From positions 186,001 through 250,000 of the forward strand of contig CP060771.1 of NCBI GenBank assembly GCA_023205875.1: a stretch of 64,000 bases of DNA, written 5' to 3'. This stretch comes from Chloropicon primus. Its lineage: Eukaryota. The position numbers and the translations under genes were made by a program. This document shows, piece after piece, positions 43,290 to 54,007 of the stretch (positions are counted from its first letter, which is position 1; every line of letters begins with the position of its first letter). Below the pieces are notes generated by a model that saw nothing but the letters and a program-made list of their open reading frames with translations, had not been told where the DNA came from and did no database searches.

Positions 43290-44614
43290 TCAGATCAGGA
43301 AACCCATGGCATCCTTCACGTCTTTCACCGTCTGTTCAGCGACCCCGGAAGCCTTCTCCGCTCCCTCCTTGAGGATGGCATCGAGGTAAGCCGGGTCGTC
43401 GACCAGCTCGTTGTACCTCGACTGCAGAGGCCCGAGGGAAGCGATGACGGCTTCTGCCAACTTGGGTTTGAACTCGCCCCAACGCATGCTGCCGCACTCC
43501 CTCATGATCGATTCCTTGTTGTAACCGGTGGCGAGCTGGTAGATGGAGAGCAAGTTCGTCGCTTCCGGCCTCTCTGGGTTTCCGAACTCAAGGCCCTCAA
43601 AGGCATCGGTCTTGGCCCTCTTGAATTTCGTCTCTATCTGCTTCGGCGTGTCCAGGAGGTTGATTCTCGAGGCGTCATTCTCCGCGCTCTTGGACATTTT
43701 GGAGGTTCCATCTTGGAGGCTCATGATCCTAGCTCCCACTGGAGGAATGTAGGGCTCCGGCACAGACAGCACCCTGCCCCCCCTCCCCCCCCTCTTCTTC
43801 CACTTCTTCCCGCCGTACTTGTCGTTGATTCTCACCGCGATGTCCCTCGTCAGCTCGATGTGCTGCTTCTGATCCTCGCCAACCGGCACGAGGTCGGCCC
43901 TGTACAGCAAGATGTCCGCCGCCATGAGCACGGGGTACGTGAACAGCCCGGTCGAGACGCTCTCCTGGCTCCTCCTCTTGACCTCCTCTTCGTCGTCCCC
44001 CTCCATGTTCCTCAGCTTTCTCGACTTCTCCTTGAACTGGATCATCCTCTCCAGCCAGCCTATCGGAGTCGCGCACTGCAGCAGCCAGGAAAGTTCCGTG
44101 TGCGCCTTCACTTGAGACTGAACGAATATTGTGGCCTGCTTTGGATCCACCCCACTCGCCAGGTAAAGCGCAGCCGTCGTTCTGGTGGACTCCCGAAGCT
44201 CCTTAGGATCGTGGCTTACCTGAGAAGAAGAGATGATGAGGATGAGGATACAAACAACCGAGCCGTCGTCGTGAGAAAGACCGCACAAACGCAGCATTCA
44301 AGTCGTTGGGATCCACTTACCGTGATGGCATGCAAGTCCACGATGGTGTAGAACGCATCCCGATTCTCCTGAAGGTCCACGTAATTCCGAATGGCTCCGT
44401 AATAGTTCCCCAAGTGCAAGATTCCTGTAGGCTGTGCACCAGACAAAACCCTCTTCCTCCTCTCCTCCTTCTTCCCCTCGCTCGTCGCACCAGCGCTCCC
44501 CTCGCTCGTCGTCGACGACGCTCGAGCCCTGCAACCCGCCCCGAGCAAGCGATTCCTCCTCGTCACGCTCAGGTCATGCACAACCCTGGAGCTCGTGCAC
44601 CTCATGCCTCTCAT
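43290..44614 (-). CDS. Tryptophanyl-tRNA synthetase, organellar (bacterial type); intron 44220-44320
   Basis: [14 protein letters not shown] (HIGH), [23 protein letters not shown]; transit-peptide-like N-terminus. Confidence 0.95.
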
Positions 44615-45396
44615 ACTCCTCGGGCTGCTTCGAAGGGAAGACAAAACTTTCCTTCGACAAACGTTCCAACCAATCAGCTGAATGGTGACCCACGCAATGA
44701 GACAACGACACACGCGATCCCTTCCCTTCCCCCTCGCTTCCCTCGTCCTCCGCCTCACACGGAGGCTAGGCTGCTGGCTGCTGGCTGCCGAAGATAAGAT
44801 AAATGATCCCACGTGGGAGACTCCCTCGCTCAATCCGAAACCAAATGCTGCAAGTAAGAGGTCTTTGGAAAGAGGAAGACTTGATCTATCCCCTGAATGG
44901 CTCTCCTCCTCCTTCGGAACTCGCCTTACTCCTCAACCCCTTCGTTTGGTGTCAATGCTCGACCCAAGCTCCGCGAACAAGCCTCCATCCGTTTTTCTTG
45001 TGGCTGAGGGAGAGGGAGGTGGGCCAAAGGAGAGAGGGCGCCTTGTGAAGGTAATGAAGGTGGCGGTGGGGGGTGAATGCGGCGTGGGATTGGCAAGGTG
45101 AGAAAAGATCGCGAAAGATTGTCTCATGGGCTTTCGTTTGGTCGGTCGCTTGACCTGTTTGGTGGCCTGAGTCATCGGGAAACTCCGTCAGGAGGACGAG
45201 GTCGCTGTTTCATCCCCAGCCCAAAGGGGAGGAAGGGTGGTAGTGGGCGGTGCGTGGTCCACGAGGACACGACAGGGGGTAGGTGAGACTGGCTCGCTTT
45301 GTCATTACAGAAGCTGAAGCTATTGATATTAGCGAAAGCGGGCCTGCTCCCGAGTCGTCGTCCCCTTTTGCATCCAAATAACCGTCCACGTCCAAA

Positions 45397-45858
45397 TCAC
45401 TTGTGCCTCTTCAGTCGCTTCTTTTGGTTCTTCCTCTCCCTCTTGGTGGTCTTCCTGAAGACTCCAAGGAGCTTGCCACCTTGCAGGGCACTCCTCGCTT
45501 TGCTTGGGTCCCTCTTCGCCTTGCTCCTGAGGTACGGAAGGTTGTTGTTCAGGTCCTCCATGGCCACGTCGTTTCCGCCCGTCGTCGTTGGCTCTGGCTG
45601 GATCGGCTTCATCGCTTCCCACTGCATGCCTGCCCTGCTCCTCCTCTTCTCGTCCTTGGCGACCCTCTCCTTCTCCCTCCTTCTCTCCACTTGCTCCAAG
45701 ACCTTGTCCTCGTCGTCCCGCACCGGCTCAGCCTTCTCAAGGTGCTTCCGGGCAACCTCAGCCCTCTCTTCCGCCATCTGGTCATAGTGCGCCTGAGACC
45801 TCTCCCTCCGCTTCGTCCTCTTGTGCCTGTGGGCCTTCGATCTCATTGACTTCCCCAT
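45397..45858 (-). CDS. Small basic protein, LLPH/DUF2423-like
   Basis: MGKSMRSKAHRHKRTKRR N-terminus resembles the MAKSLRSK..R motif of LLP homologs; Lys/Arg-rich C-terminus. Confidence 0.6.
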   Translation of the reverse strand: MGKSMRSKAHRHKRTKRRERSQAHYDQMAEERAEVARKHLEKAEPVRDDEDKVLEQVERRREKERVAKDEKRRSRAGMQWEAMKPIQPEPTTTGGNDVAMEDLNNNLPYLRSKAKRDPSKARSALQGGKLLGVFRKTTKRERKNQKKRLKRHK

Positions 45859-46296
45859 CTTTCACAACTCAATCAAACAATCCAATCCAATCAATCCGAT
45901 GGCAATGCAATGCAACTCTCTCTCTCTCTCTCCTTCTCGTCCGAAGGAATCCGATGCCGCGGAATTCGCTTGAGGTGACGACTCCAGACACCTTGACCCT
46001 TCCCGTCGCCCGTTACGAAACTCCTAACGCTTGATCCCGGAGAGCGAGTGACACGAACCTCTTCCCTCCCTGAATCCTCCTCCTCCTCCTGTGCCAAGGT
46101 CTTTCCCCTTGGGATTCCTTCGTCTTTCCTGAGCCAAATCGACCAAACGACACGTCGTTGGAAAGATCTCGAGATGTTATACCGCTTTACGTCCTCTCCC
46201 TCGTCTTCTCCCCTCGCTCTCTCGCTCCCACTCCGTTTCTCTGTCCCTCAGTCCTCTCCCCGGCGCCGCCACCAAAGGGCAAACCTTCTGAGGGCG

Positions 46297-46806
46297 ATGG
46301 CGGACGAAGAAGCACTCTACGCTGAGGTGAGTCACGAGACGAGGACGAGGCGAAGCGGGAGGGAGGAGGAGGGGAGAGCGATGACTTGAACCCCTTCATC
46401 GGTTATCCCTCTCCTCCTCTCCTTCGTTTTCTTTCCACCAAAACCACCAGCATCACCATCTTCATCTTCATCTTCATCTTCATCTTCATCAGCATGACAA
46501 ACTGCTTCATCGCCAGAGAGAGGGAGAGGGATGAGTTGGTGGAGGAGGAGCTTAATGTGCGCTATCATGAGACTTGGAGATCGTCGTATCATTATTAGCT
46601 TCCTTCCTTTGTTTCTTTGATGAGGAACACCCAACTGCTTCATCACCATCACCGTCACCATCATCACCACACAGAGAGAGAGAGAGAGTGAGGAGATGAG
46701 GAGAGTGTCTCTTCTTGTCGTTTGCTCTGTTTGTCATTTGTTGAGGACCACAACCACAACTTCATCATGAGTCACCACCACCACCAGAGAGAGAGAGAGA
46801 GAGAGT

Positions 46807-46842
<36 letters not shown>

Positions 46843-48677
46843 GAGGGAAGAGAATGATGAGTTTTGCTCCCTGCTGCCCATGATTCTTTCTCTTGTGCTT
46901 TTGTTTGTTGAGTTGATCGCACCACAACAGGAAGAGGAAGTCATCACAAGTCATCACAAGTCATCACAAATCCAAACGAGTTGTTACTGACAGGACATGC
47001 TGCTCTGCCTCTGCTCTCCTTTTGCAGCTGTATGGGGAGGACTTGCCGACAGAAGCTCCGCCGGAGGAGAAACCTGGAGCTGATGCAGCCAAGGGCGGCG
47101 AGAATGTGAGCGAGAAACAGCAGGAGGCGAAGCCCCAAGCAGGAGGCACGGCCTTGCCCGCCCGGGCCGCAGGCAAGGCGGAGGGTCAGGGTGGTGGCCC
47201 AACGGGAGGGGGGGAGGATGACGAGGATGACGAAGACTTTGACATTGTCCTGGGTGAGGCAGCCGGGGGCAAAGAGGGCGCGTCGGACGAGGATGACGAT
47301 GACTTGGACATTGTTCTGACTGCTCAGGCTGGCGGGGAGGAGGCACCGCAGGCAGCTGGGGCAGCGGCAGTGGACTCGAAGGGGCCGACGGAAGCGGCGT
47401 CCGCCCAAGCGCCGGGGAAGGGGTCTGGGACCGCCGCTGCGAGCTCGGAAGCGCCGGCCAAGCATGTCCCCGCGGCCCCCGCGAACAGTCAGTTCAAGTG
47501 GACCAGAGATGGAACGGAAGCGAAGCCGCTGCCAAAGCCGGTTGGGGTTGAACCCGGCGGCGTGGACGGCTTCACTCCAATGATGCACCCCAACCCATCG
47601 GCGAGGCCCATCTGGATGCCTTACGTCGCCCCGGTCGAGCACAAGGACGCGGCGTTTCCCTCGCAGGCCAAGCCAGGCCAGCCCATCAAGCTGCCGGGAC
47701 AAACCCGAGTCGCTCCCGATGAGTACAAGGAGTTCCTGAGCCTGGGTCACGGCGAGCTCTTCGAGGTTGACCTGGATCGCGTGGTGGAGACGCCCTGGAG
47801 GGAGGTCACTGCCAAGAGAACGGAGTACTTCAATTACGGCCTGGACGAGGCGGGCTGGAGGGACTACTGTGAACAGGTGAAGAGGTACAGGATGGAGTTC
47901 ACGATGCAGGGCAACATTGACACGTCGGCTTGGAATGCCGGCGGAGCGTACCAGGGAGGGCGCGATTACAACGACCAGTCTGACCTGCCGCCGGAGCTCC
48001 GGGAGGCATTCCAGCAGAACAAGGAGGAGCTCCAGCCCCCACTGCAGGAGGGCGGGGAGTGGGACAGGCCAAAGGTGGACACCGGGCACATTGGCGACAT
48101 CAAGGCCGTGAACCAGGTGTACACCGACCCGCGGTCGGGCAAGGAGATCGCCCCCCTGACGGACGAGATGCTTCAGAAGATCAAGAGGCAGAAGACCGAT
48201 CGTGACCGCGCGCCTTACGGCTCCAGGGGAGGCTACGGCAGGGGAAGGGGAAGGGGCGGCTACTACAACGCCAGAGGTGGAGGCTACGGGAGAGGCCGGG
48301 GCATGAATTTCGGGGAAGCCGGCGGCATCGGCGAGCAGCCCGAGGACACGACTTACGCCTCCATCCTCGTTGGGGACGAGGCGAACCAGCCCAGGGGGCA
48401 GAGGCCAGACCGCAGGTACCCGGGCTCCTACGACCGTGACCAGAGGGATCAGAGGGACTACAGAGACCGCGGGGACAGGGGTCGGTACGACCGCGGTGGC
48501 GACCGGCGTGACCAGAGGGACTACAGGGACCGCGGCCGTGGCTACGGAGGCAGGGGAGACCGGGACGACCACAGCCACAGGGGGGGAAGGGAAAGCGACC
48601 GGGATCGGGGTCGAGACAGGGACAGGGACAGAGGACGTGATCACAGGAATCGCCGGGACCGCGGCAGGACCCGTTAA
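46297..48677 (+). CDS. FIP1: Pre-mRNA 3'-end processing factor FIP1; exons 46297-46326, 47028-48677
   Basis: Acidic N-terminus (MADEEALYAELYG), Fip1 motif PWR..EYFNYGLDEAGWRDYC, RGG and RD-rich tail. Confidence 0.92.
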
Positions 48678-48894
48678 ACATGTTTTTATTGCCTTGCTAA
48701 TGCTCCAACATTGAGCCAAGCCAAAGCCCGACGATCTTGATCCAAGATCTCGAGAATTTTATCCTCAGCCTTCGCATTTGAGGCTCTCATTGAAGCACGT
48801 TCGAGATGGCGACCACCTTGGCGTATTAAAGGTGAGTTCCGGCACGAAGGCGTGAAGTGAGGGGAGGGAGCGCGTCACGCGCCGACGCCTCGGA

Positions 48895-48936
48895 CTCTCC
48901 TCTTTCGGAAGAGCTCTCGCTTGAAGGATTTGGCGA
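48895..48936 (+). promoter_or_regulatory. Near-consensus copy of recurrent upstream element before the PPR gene
   Basis: tctttcggaagagctctcgcttgaaggatttggcg about 155 bp before ATG 49057. Confidence 0.65.
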
Positions 48937-49056
48937 AGTGTGGAGGATTTGACGGACTGAAACGATACGAGTTTTTTTCGGTTTTTTTTTTCTTCTCCAT
49001 CCAGGAGGAGGAGGATGTTGCAGAAGAGCAAGGCAGGGCCGAGGAAGGTCGCTTCC

Positions 49057-51413
49057 ATGGCGGCTCCGTGTCCCAGGGGGGCGAGGATACGTTCGAACGA
49101 GCTCGCTTCGTCCTCGGAACCAGCTTCCTTGCCACCCTTCCCTTCCGGGAGCGTGCTTCAGGCTGGCACAAGGGGTCCAGACCGGTGCCGGCTTGTCAAG
49201 GTAAGAACCTCAGAGGCAGGCCGTGTGCCGTGTGATGCTTCGGAATGCTGGCGCTCGGCTTCTTTCCTGCGCAGGAGGGAAAAAAATCTGACTCAAAAAT
49301 CTGTTTTCGTTTGTGTTCACTTCCACCTGCTTTGGTTTGGCAGCAGCGGAGCTTGCAAGTCAGCTCAGTGTTGTTTTGGGACAGGGGAGAGGGGGATTGG
49401 GGCGGCTGGTCGTGGGGCAGAAGCGCTGGGAGCTGGAGCAGTGGCACGAGATTGAGCACGCGAGCGTCTCATTCTCTTGCTGACACCTGGCAGTCCACCG
49501 AGTACAACGAGAAGTGCTCGAGGTTCATGACGGAGTTGAGCGAAGCGGCGGAGTTGAGGCAGTGGGACCGTGCCCGAGGCCTCCTTTTGAAGGCGTCCAA
49601 GGACATCGACTCTTATCTGAACGAGGATGACGAAGCGGTGGGCTCCCACACCAGCTTCTCGAGGTATTCCGTGAGGGACAGCAGCAAGGTGGAGGATTTG
49701 CTCCGGGACGTGGAGACGATGAACTTGCCAAAGCCCCTGCTGGTGATGTTCGCGAGGCGGCTGATCGTGGGGAAGGGGCAGGGAAAAGGTGCGCCTGGCA
49801 AGCGACAGATGGATGCGCACCTCATGCACTCGCTGCAGATTCTCAGGTGGCTGCGGACCTGCAGCATAAGCAAGCAGGCGGAGATGGTCTCGGGTCTCAA
49901 GGACTACACGAAAATCGTGAACAGGCTCCTGAGAAAGTCGAAGAGCTTCAAGGCCAAGGTGAACCCGTACAAGCAGAGGGCATACGAGATTTGGCTGGAC
50001 ATGAAGAAGCTGTATGCCGGAAAGATGGATGCCGCCGCCGTCAGGTCAGGGATGAACGCCTGCGCGATGACGATGAGAACGGGGGAGGCCTTGGACGTGT
50101 TCGAGGCATGGCAAGCCTCCCCATGCTGCCAGGAGGAGCCGGAAGTGGACCTGAGCGTCTGCTTCAACATCCTCATCAAGGGCTTCGGGTTCGAGAGAAA
50201 CTTGAAGAAGCTGGAGGAGGTGGTATCGAAAATGAGTCAGCAGGGCGTGGTTTCGACTCAGTCCACCTACAACGCGCTTGTGAGCGCGTACGTGAACTCA
50301 AACCGGGTGGACATGGCGTGGAGGGTTCTGCAGGAGGCCATGCAGCCCAAGGGGGGGGCTCAGGAGGACGAGGAAAGCAAGCAGTACATGTACGCAACGA
50401 TCCTCAAGGGGTTAGTGATGAACGTGAATCCCGAGCTGACTGGTTTGCAGCAGGCGGTGGACCTCATGAATCAGATGAAAACGCAGGGCGTGGTGCCTGA
50501 CGTGTACGTGTACTCCCAGCTGATAGACCACCTGATCAAGAAGATGAACGACGTGGACGCCGCCGATCGCTTGTTTCAACTGATGCAGAAGGAAAATTTT
50601 GGAGGCGTGGTTCCAACCGTCGTGGTTTACAACATTCTTCTTCGAGGCTACTGCAATCAGCAGTCGAGCTTGTCCAGGAACGGGGTGGGGTGGTCGAAGG
50701 CAAGGTGCTTGGAGCTTCTCAAGGACATGGGATTGAGGGGCATAAAGCCAAACACGAGCACTTTCAACACGCTGATCTCTGCCGCTGTAAGCAACGAGGA
50801 TCAGAGATCGGCCAACAAACTGTTCAGGCTCATGGTGGACCTCAAGGTGGATCCGGACAGGATGACGTACACGATCATCATGAAGAGTTTCAGTGACCAG
50901 CGACGGCCAGACGAAGTCGTGAGAATTTTCAAGCAGCTGGATGCCTCCGCTTTTGGCGGCGCGGACAAAATTGCCTTCAATTGCTTGATCGGCGCGCACG
51001 GGAAAGCAGGTCAGCTCGAAGAGGCGGAAGAGGCGTACAACCAGATGCTGAAGCGGTCGATCGAGCCAGATTCCGTGACCTTCAACAGCATGGTGAGGGC
51101 TTGCTGCTCGATCAAGGAGCCGAGGAAGGCTGTCCTTTTCGTGAAGCGAGCCTGCGCCAAACAGATTCGAATTGCCCCGGCCTTGGCTGACGTTACGGTG
51201 AAGATGTGCATCGCGGCCGAGGAATTTAGCGAGTGCAAATCGATGCTGAAAAGCATGAAGCAGGCGGGAGTGGAGGGCGTCGACATTGCGGAGCGCTTCG
51301 TGGAAGAGCGGCGTGTCGCGTCGACGCAAAAGGAAAAGAGCGTTGGGTTGGAGAGAGCAAAGTTCTGGATTGGCCTGCCAAACAAGTACTACGATCAGGA
51401 CTGGAAGAAGTGA
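49057..51413 (+). CDS. Pentatricopeptide repeat (P-type PPR) protein, organellar; probable intron 49201-49493
   Basis: Repeated PPR motifs (FNILIKGF, TYNALVSAY, VYNILLRGYC, TFNTLISA, TFNSMVRACC). Confidence 0.9.
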
Positions 51414-51484
51414 AATGAGACGGGGGGACGTGTGTATAAATGAAGAGGAGGTATATGTATGAAATGGTTGAAGTGTGTAACAAT

Positions 51485-53440
51485 TCAACTGGTGTAATAT
51501 GATTCGATCTGTAGAGCTTCAAAGCTGCCTTTAACCTTCTCATACGCCTGCGACATCACTTGCTCTCGCAACTTGAGGTTGCCAGCATCCACGACCTGCC
51601 TCAGTTCATTCTCAAAGATCTGCCTGCCGAGAGAGTGCACAACGGCGGACTGCAGGGCTTCGGCGTAAGCCTCGTTCCCCGGTGCATCTTTCAATTTGGG
51701 ATTTCCCGTAACGCCCACAACCCATGGTTCAAGGTTCTTGTCCAGGACAAACTCCAAGCGGAGCATCTTCGAGAGGCCAAGAGCTGAGAACCGTTTGGCC
51801 CTTGCTTGGCCCTTGACCTGGCAGACTTCATGCACCAGCGAGAGCAAGGCAGAAGACATTTTTTCTTTGACTTGTGCCCAGAGCTTGTCGCAGTCAACGC
51901 CTTCTTGCTCGAAAGAACTGTTGACTTCATCGAAATCCAGAATCACCACCTTGCTTTCCTCTTCCCTTTCCTTGTCCACGCGAGACGACGACGACGGGAC
52001 CAGTTCCGCGAAGCATCGTTTGTTGTAGGCGATCTGGATCGGAAAGTAAGAGGTGACGCAGGCGATAAAGTTCAGGGAAAACTTGCAGCCCCTTAGCAAA
52101 AAGTCTGGTGCGACGTAAGGCTGCAGGATGCCTCTTTCAAGTGCGGACAGCTCCTCCCTTGCATCGAAAATGCGCGCGGTTGACTTCGCCTGCGAATCTC
52201 CTCTGATGATCCACAGGCCTTCCGTCACCGCATCCCTGGCCTTGTCCACCTGCTCTGGAAGCACGTACGTCGGCAGAATCCCATCAGCCTGATGCTGGCT
52301 GCCCTCGCCGAGGCACCTGAACACGCTCGCCTTGGACGCGAGAACGTCGGTCCACTGTGGCAGATCAAAGGTGGAGTTGAAGACGACCAGCTCGGAGCAG
52401 AACGCCACCTTGGACATCTCAAAGGCTTTGAGGAGGCTGAGGAGGGCCTGGGCACTCAGAATTTTGTCCCCCACGAGCCTGCATGCCTGGGCCATCATAT
52501 AAAGTGACACTGGGGACGCCTCCGCGTTGCAGATCCTCATGAAGAGGGAGCAGGGCTCCGCGAGATAACCGAGGCACGCCTGGAAGAAAGCAATGCAGAA
52601 GAGAACCATGTTGTCCCTCGACGGCTTCTTGAATTTCGCTTCGGGACCGCCAGTGACCGCGTACTTGAGAATCTGGACGGCCTCTTGAAGCTTTCCTTGC
52701 TTGAAGAGGTTCATGCCGAGGGCGGACCAAATCTCAGGCTGATCAAAGGCGAACCCCGCCACCTGCTTCAGGATACTCTCCCCCTCCTGCATCTTACCCA
52801 TCTGCTGCAGGACTTGGTTCATGGCGATGTAAGCAGACAAGCAACCTGGCTGAGTCTTCACAGTCTTGTCGAGATACTCCAAGGCACCCTCGTGCTCGCC
52901 CTCGCTCGCCAGGAGCAGTCCACATTGCAAAGATGCTTGATAGCAGGTCGGATCCACTCGAAGGCAGTGCTTGAGAGAGGCGAGGCAATCATTCTTCCGT
53001 CCCTCCGCCAAAGCCTGAGAGGAGGAAAACGAGGAAAAAAAAGTCAACGAGTCCATCCCTCCATCACCAATCGAATCGAATCGAATCGAATCGAATCGAA
53101 TCGAAAGAAGAGTCATTCGACGGCCGCGTACCTTGGACGCCCGCTCGAGCGAGCGCCTTGCCTCTGGATCGAGGTCCCTCTCGTCCGCCGCGCGCGTGAG
53201 CTCCTCGACGGACTTCTTCGTCGTGTCCTCCTTCGCACCATGATCATGATCATCATCTTTCTTCTTGTTCACGCCGAGGAGGTCTTCAGCCAACTCAATT
53301 GCTTCGACGAGGTCCTCCTCTCGACGAAGGAGTTCCGCCTCGTTGAGGAGGTCCTCCTCCTCCTCCTCCGCGCCCCTCCTCTCGCGCGCCTCCCTCAAGG
53401 AGCGGAGCTCCTCCCTGTACGCCACCACCGTCGCCTCCAT
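51485..53440 (-). CDS. TPR repeat protein with C-terminal degenerate tubulin-tyrosine-ligase-like domain; intron 53015-53131
   Basis: TPR helices (ALEYLDKTVKTQP, EIWSALGMNLFKQG); ILPTYVLP, ILQPYV..FLLRGCKFSL, FVLDKNLEPWVV TTL-like segments. Confidence 0.75.
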   Translation of the reverse strand: MEATVVAYREELRSLREARERRGAEEEEEDLLNEAELLRREEDLVEAIELAEDLLGVNKKKDDDHDHGAKEDTTKKSVEELTRAADERDLDPEARRSLERASKVRGRRMTLLSIRFDSIRFDSIGDGGMDSLTFFSSFSSSQALAEGRKNDCLASLKHCLRVDPTCYQASLQCGLLLASEGEHEGALEYLDKTVKTQPGCLSAYIAMNQVLQQMGKMQEGESILKQVAGFAFDQPEIWSALGMNLFKQGKLQEAVQILKYAVTGGPEAKFKKPSRDNMVLFCIAFFQACLGYLAEPCSLFMRICNAEASPVSLYMMAQACRLVGDKILSAQALLSLLKAFEMSKVAFCSELVVFNSTFDLPQWTDVLASKASVFRCLGEGSQHQADGILPTYVLPEQVDKARDAVTEGLWIIRGDSQAKSTARIFDAREELSALERGILQPYVAPDFLLRGCKFSLNFIACVTSYFPIQIAYNKRCFAELVPSSSSRVDKEREEESKVVILDFDEVNSSFEQEGVDCDKLWAQVKEKMSSALLSLVHEVCQVKGQARAKRFSALGLSKMLRLEFVLDKNLEPWVVGVTGNPKLKDAPGNEAYAEALQSAVVHSLGRQIFENELRQVVDAGNLKLREQVMSQAYEKVKGSFEALQIESYYTS

Positions 53441-53530
53441 CGCTCGCCGGTCTGGAAGCCAAGCGTTTTTCTTGGAGAAGGGAGCGTTATGGAGGAAGGG
53501 GAGGGGAGGGGTGGACGAGGACAAGGACAA

Positions 53531-53885
53531 GGACGAGGACGGGAGGCAAGATCAAGCAAGATCAGGCAAGATTAGATGGAGTCATTGTCCCTTGCTCTTT
53601 CCATGTACCATCGATCGAGGGGAAGGGCACATACACACAGACACACACACACACACTCTTCTGTTGTCTGTCTTCTTCCCTTGGTGTCACCTCATCAAGA
53701 TGGATGGGAGGGTGGTGGAGGACGAGGACGGGAGGCAAGATCAAGCAAGATCAGGCAAGATTAGATGGAGTCATCGTCCCTTGCTCTTTCCATGTACCCA
53801 TCGATCGAGGGGAAGGGTGCACACACCACCTTTGTTTGTCTTCCCTTGGTCAGAGTGTCACTTACCTCATCAACATGGATGGAAG
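53531..53885. repeat. Direct duplication, period about 189 bp
   Basis: ggacgaggacgggaggcaagatcaagcaagatcaggcaagattagatggagtcat...ccttgctctttccatgtacc at 53531 and 53720. Confidence 0.95.
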
Positions 53886-54007
53886 GGGAGGACTCAGAAG
53901 TTGGATGGCAAGAAGAGAGAGGGGTGTGTGCTGGGATGTTGAGAAAGTTATCATTTTATAAAAAGTGTTTGTTTTGGTTTGTTTTGTTTTAACGAAGGAC
54001 TGCTGCT

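Noticed and set aside
53069..53105. (aatcg)n repeat translated as RFDSI repeats in the ORF track
   Set aside because: Intronic microsatellite inside the 53015-53131 intron.
37327..53885. Direct repeats as a CRISPR array or LTRs
   Set aside because: Only two units each, no unique spacers, no cas or retroelement genes, and a eukaryotic context.
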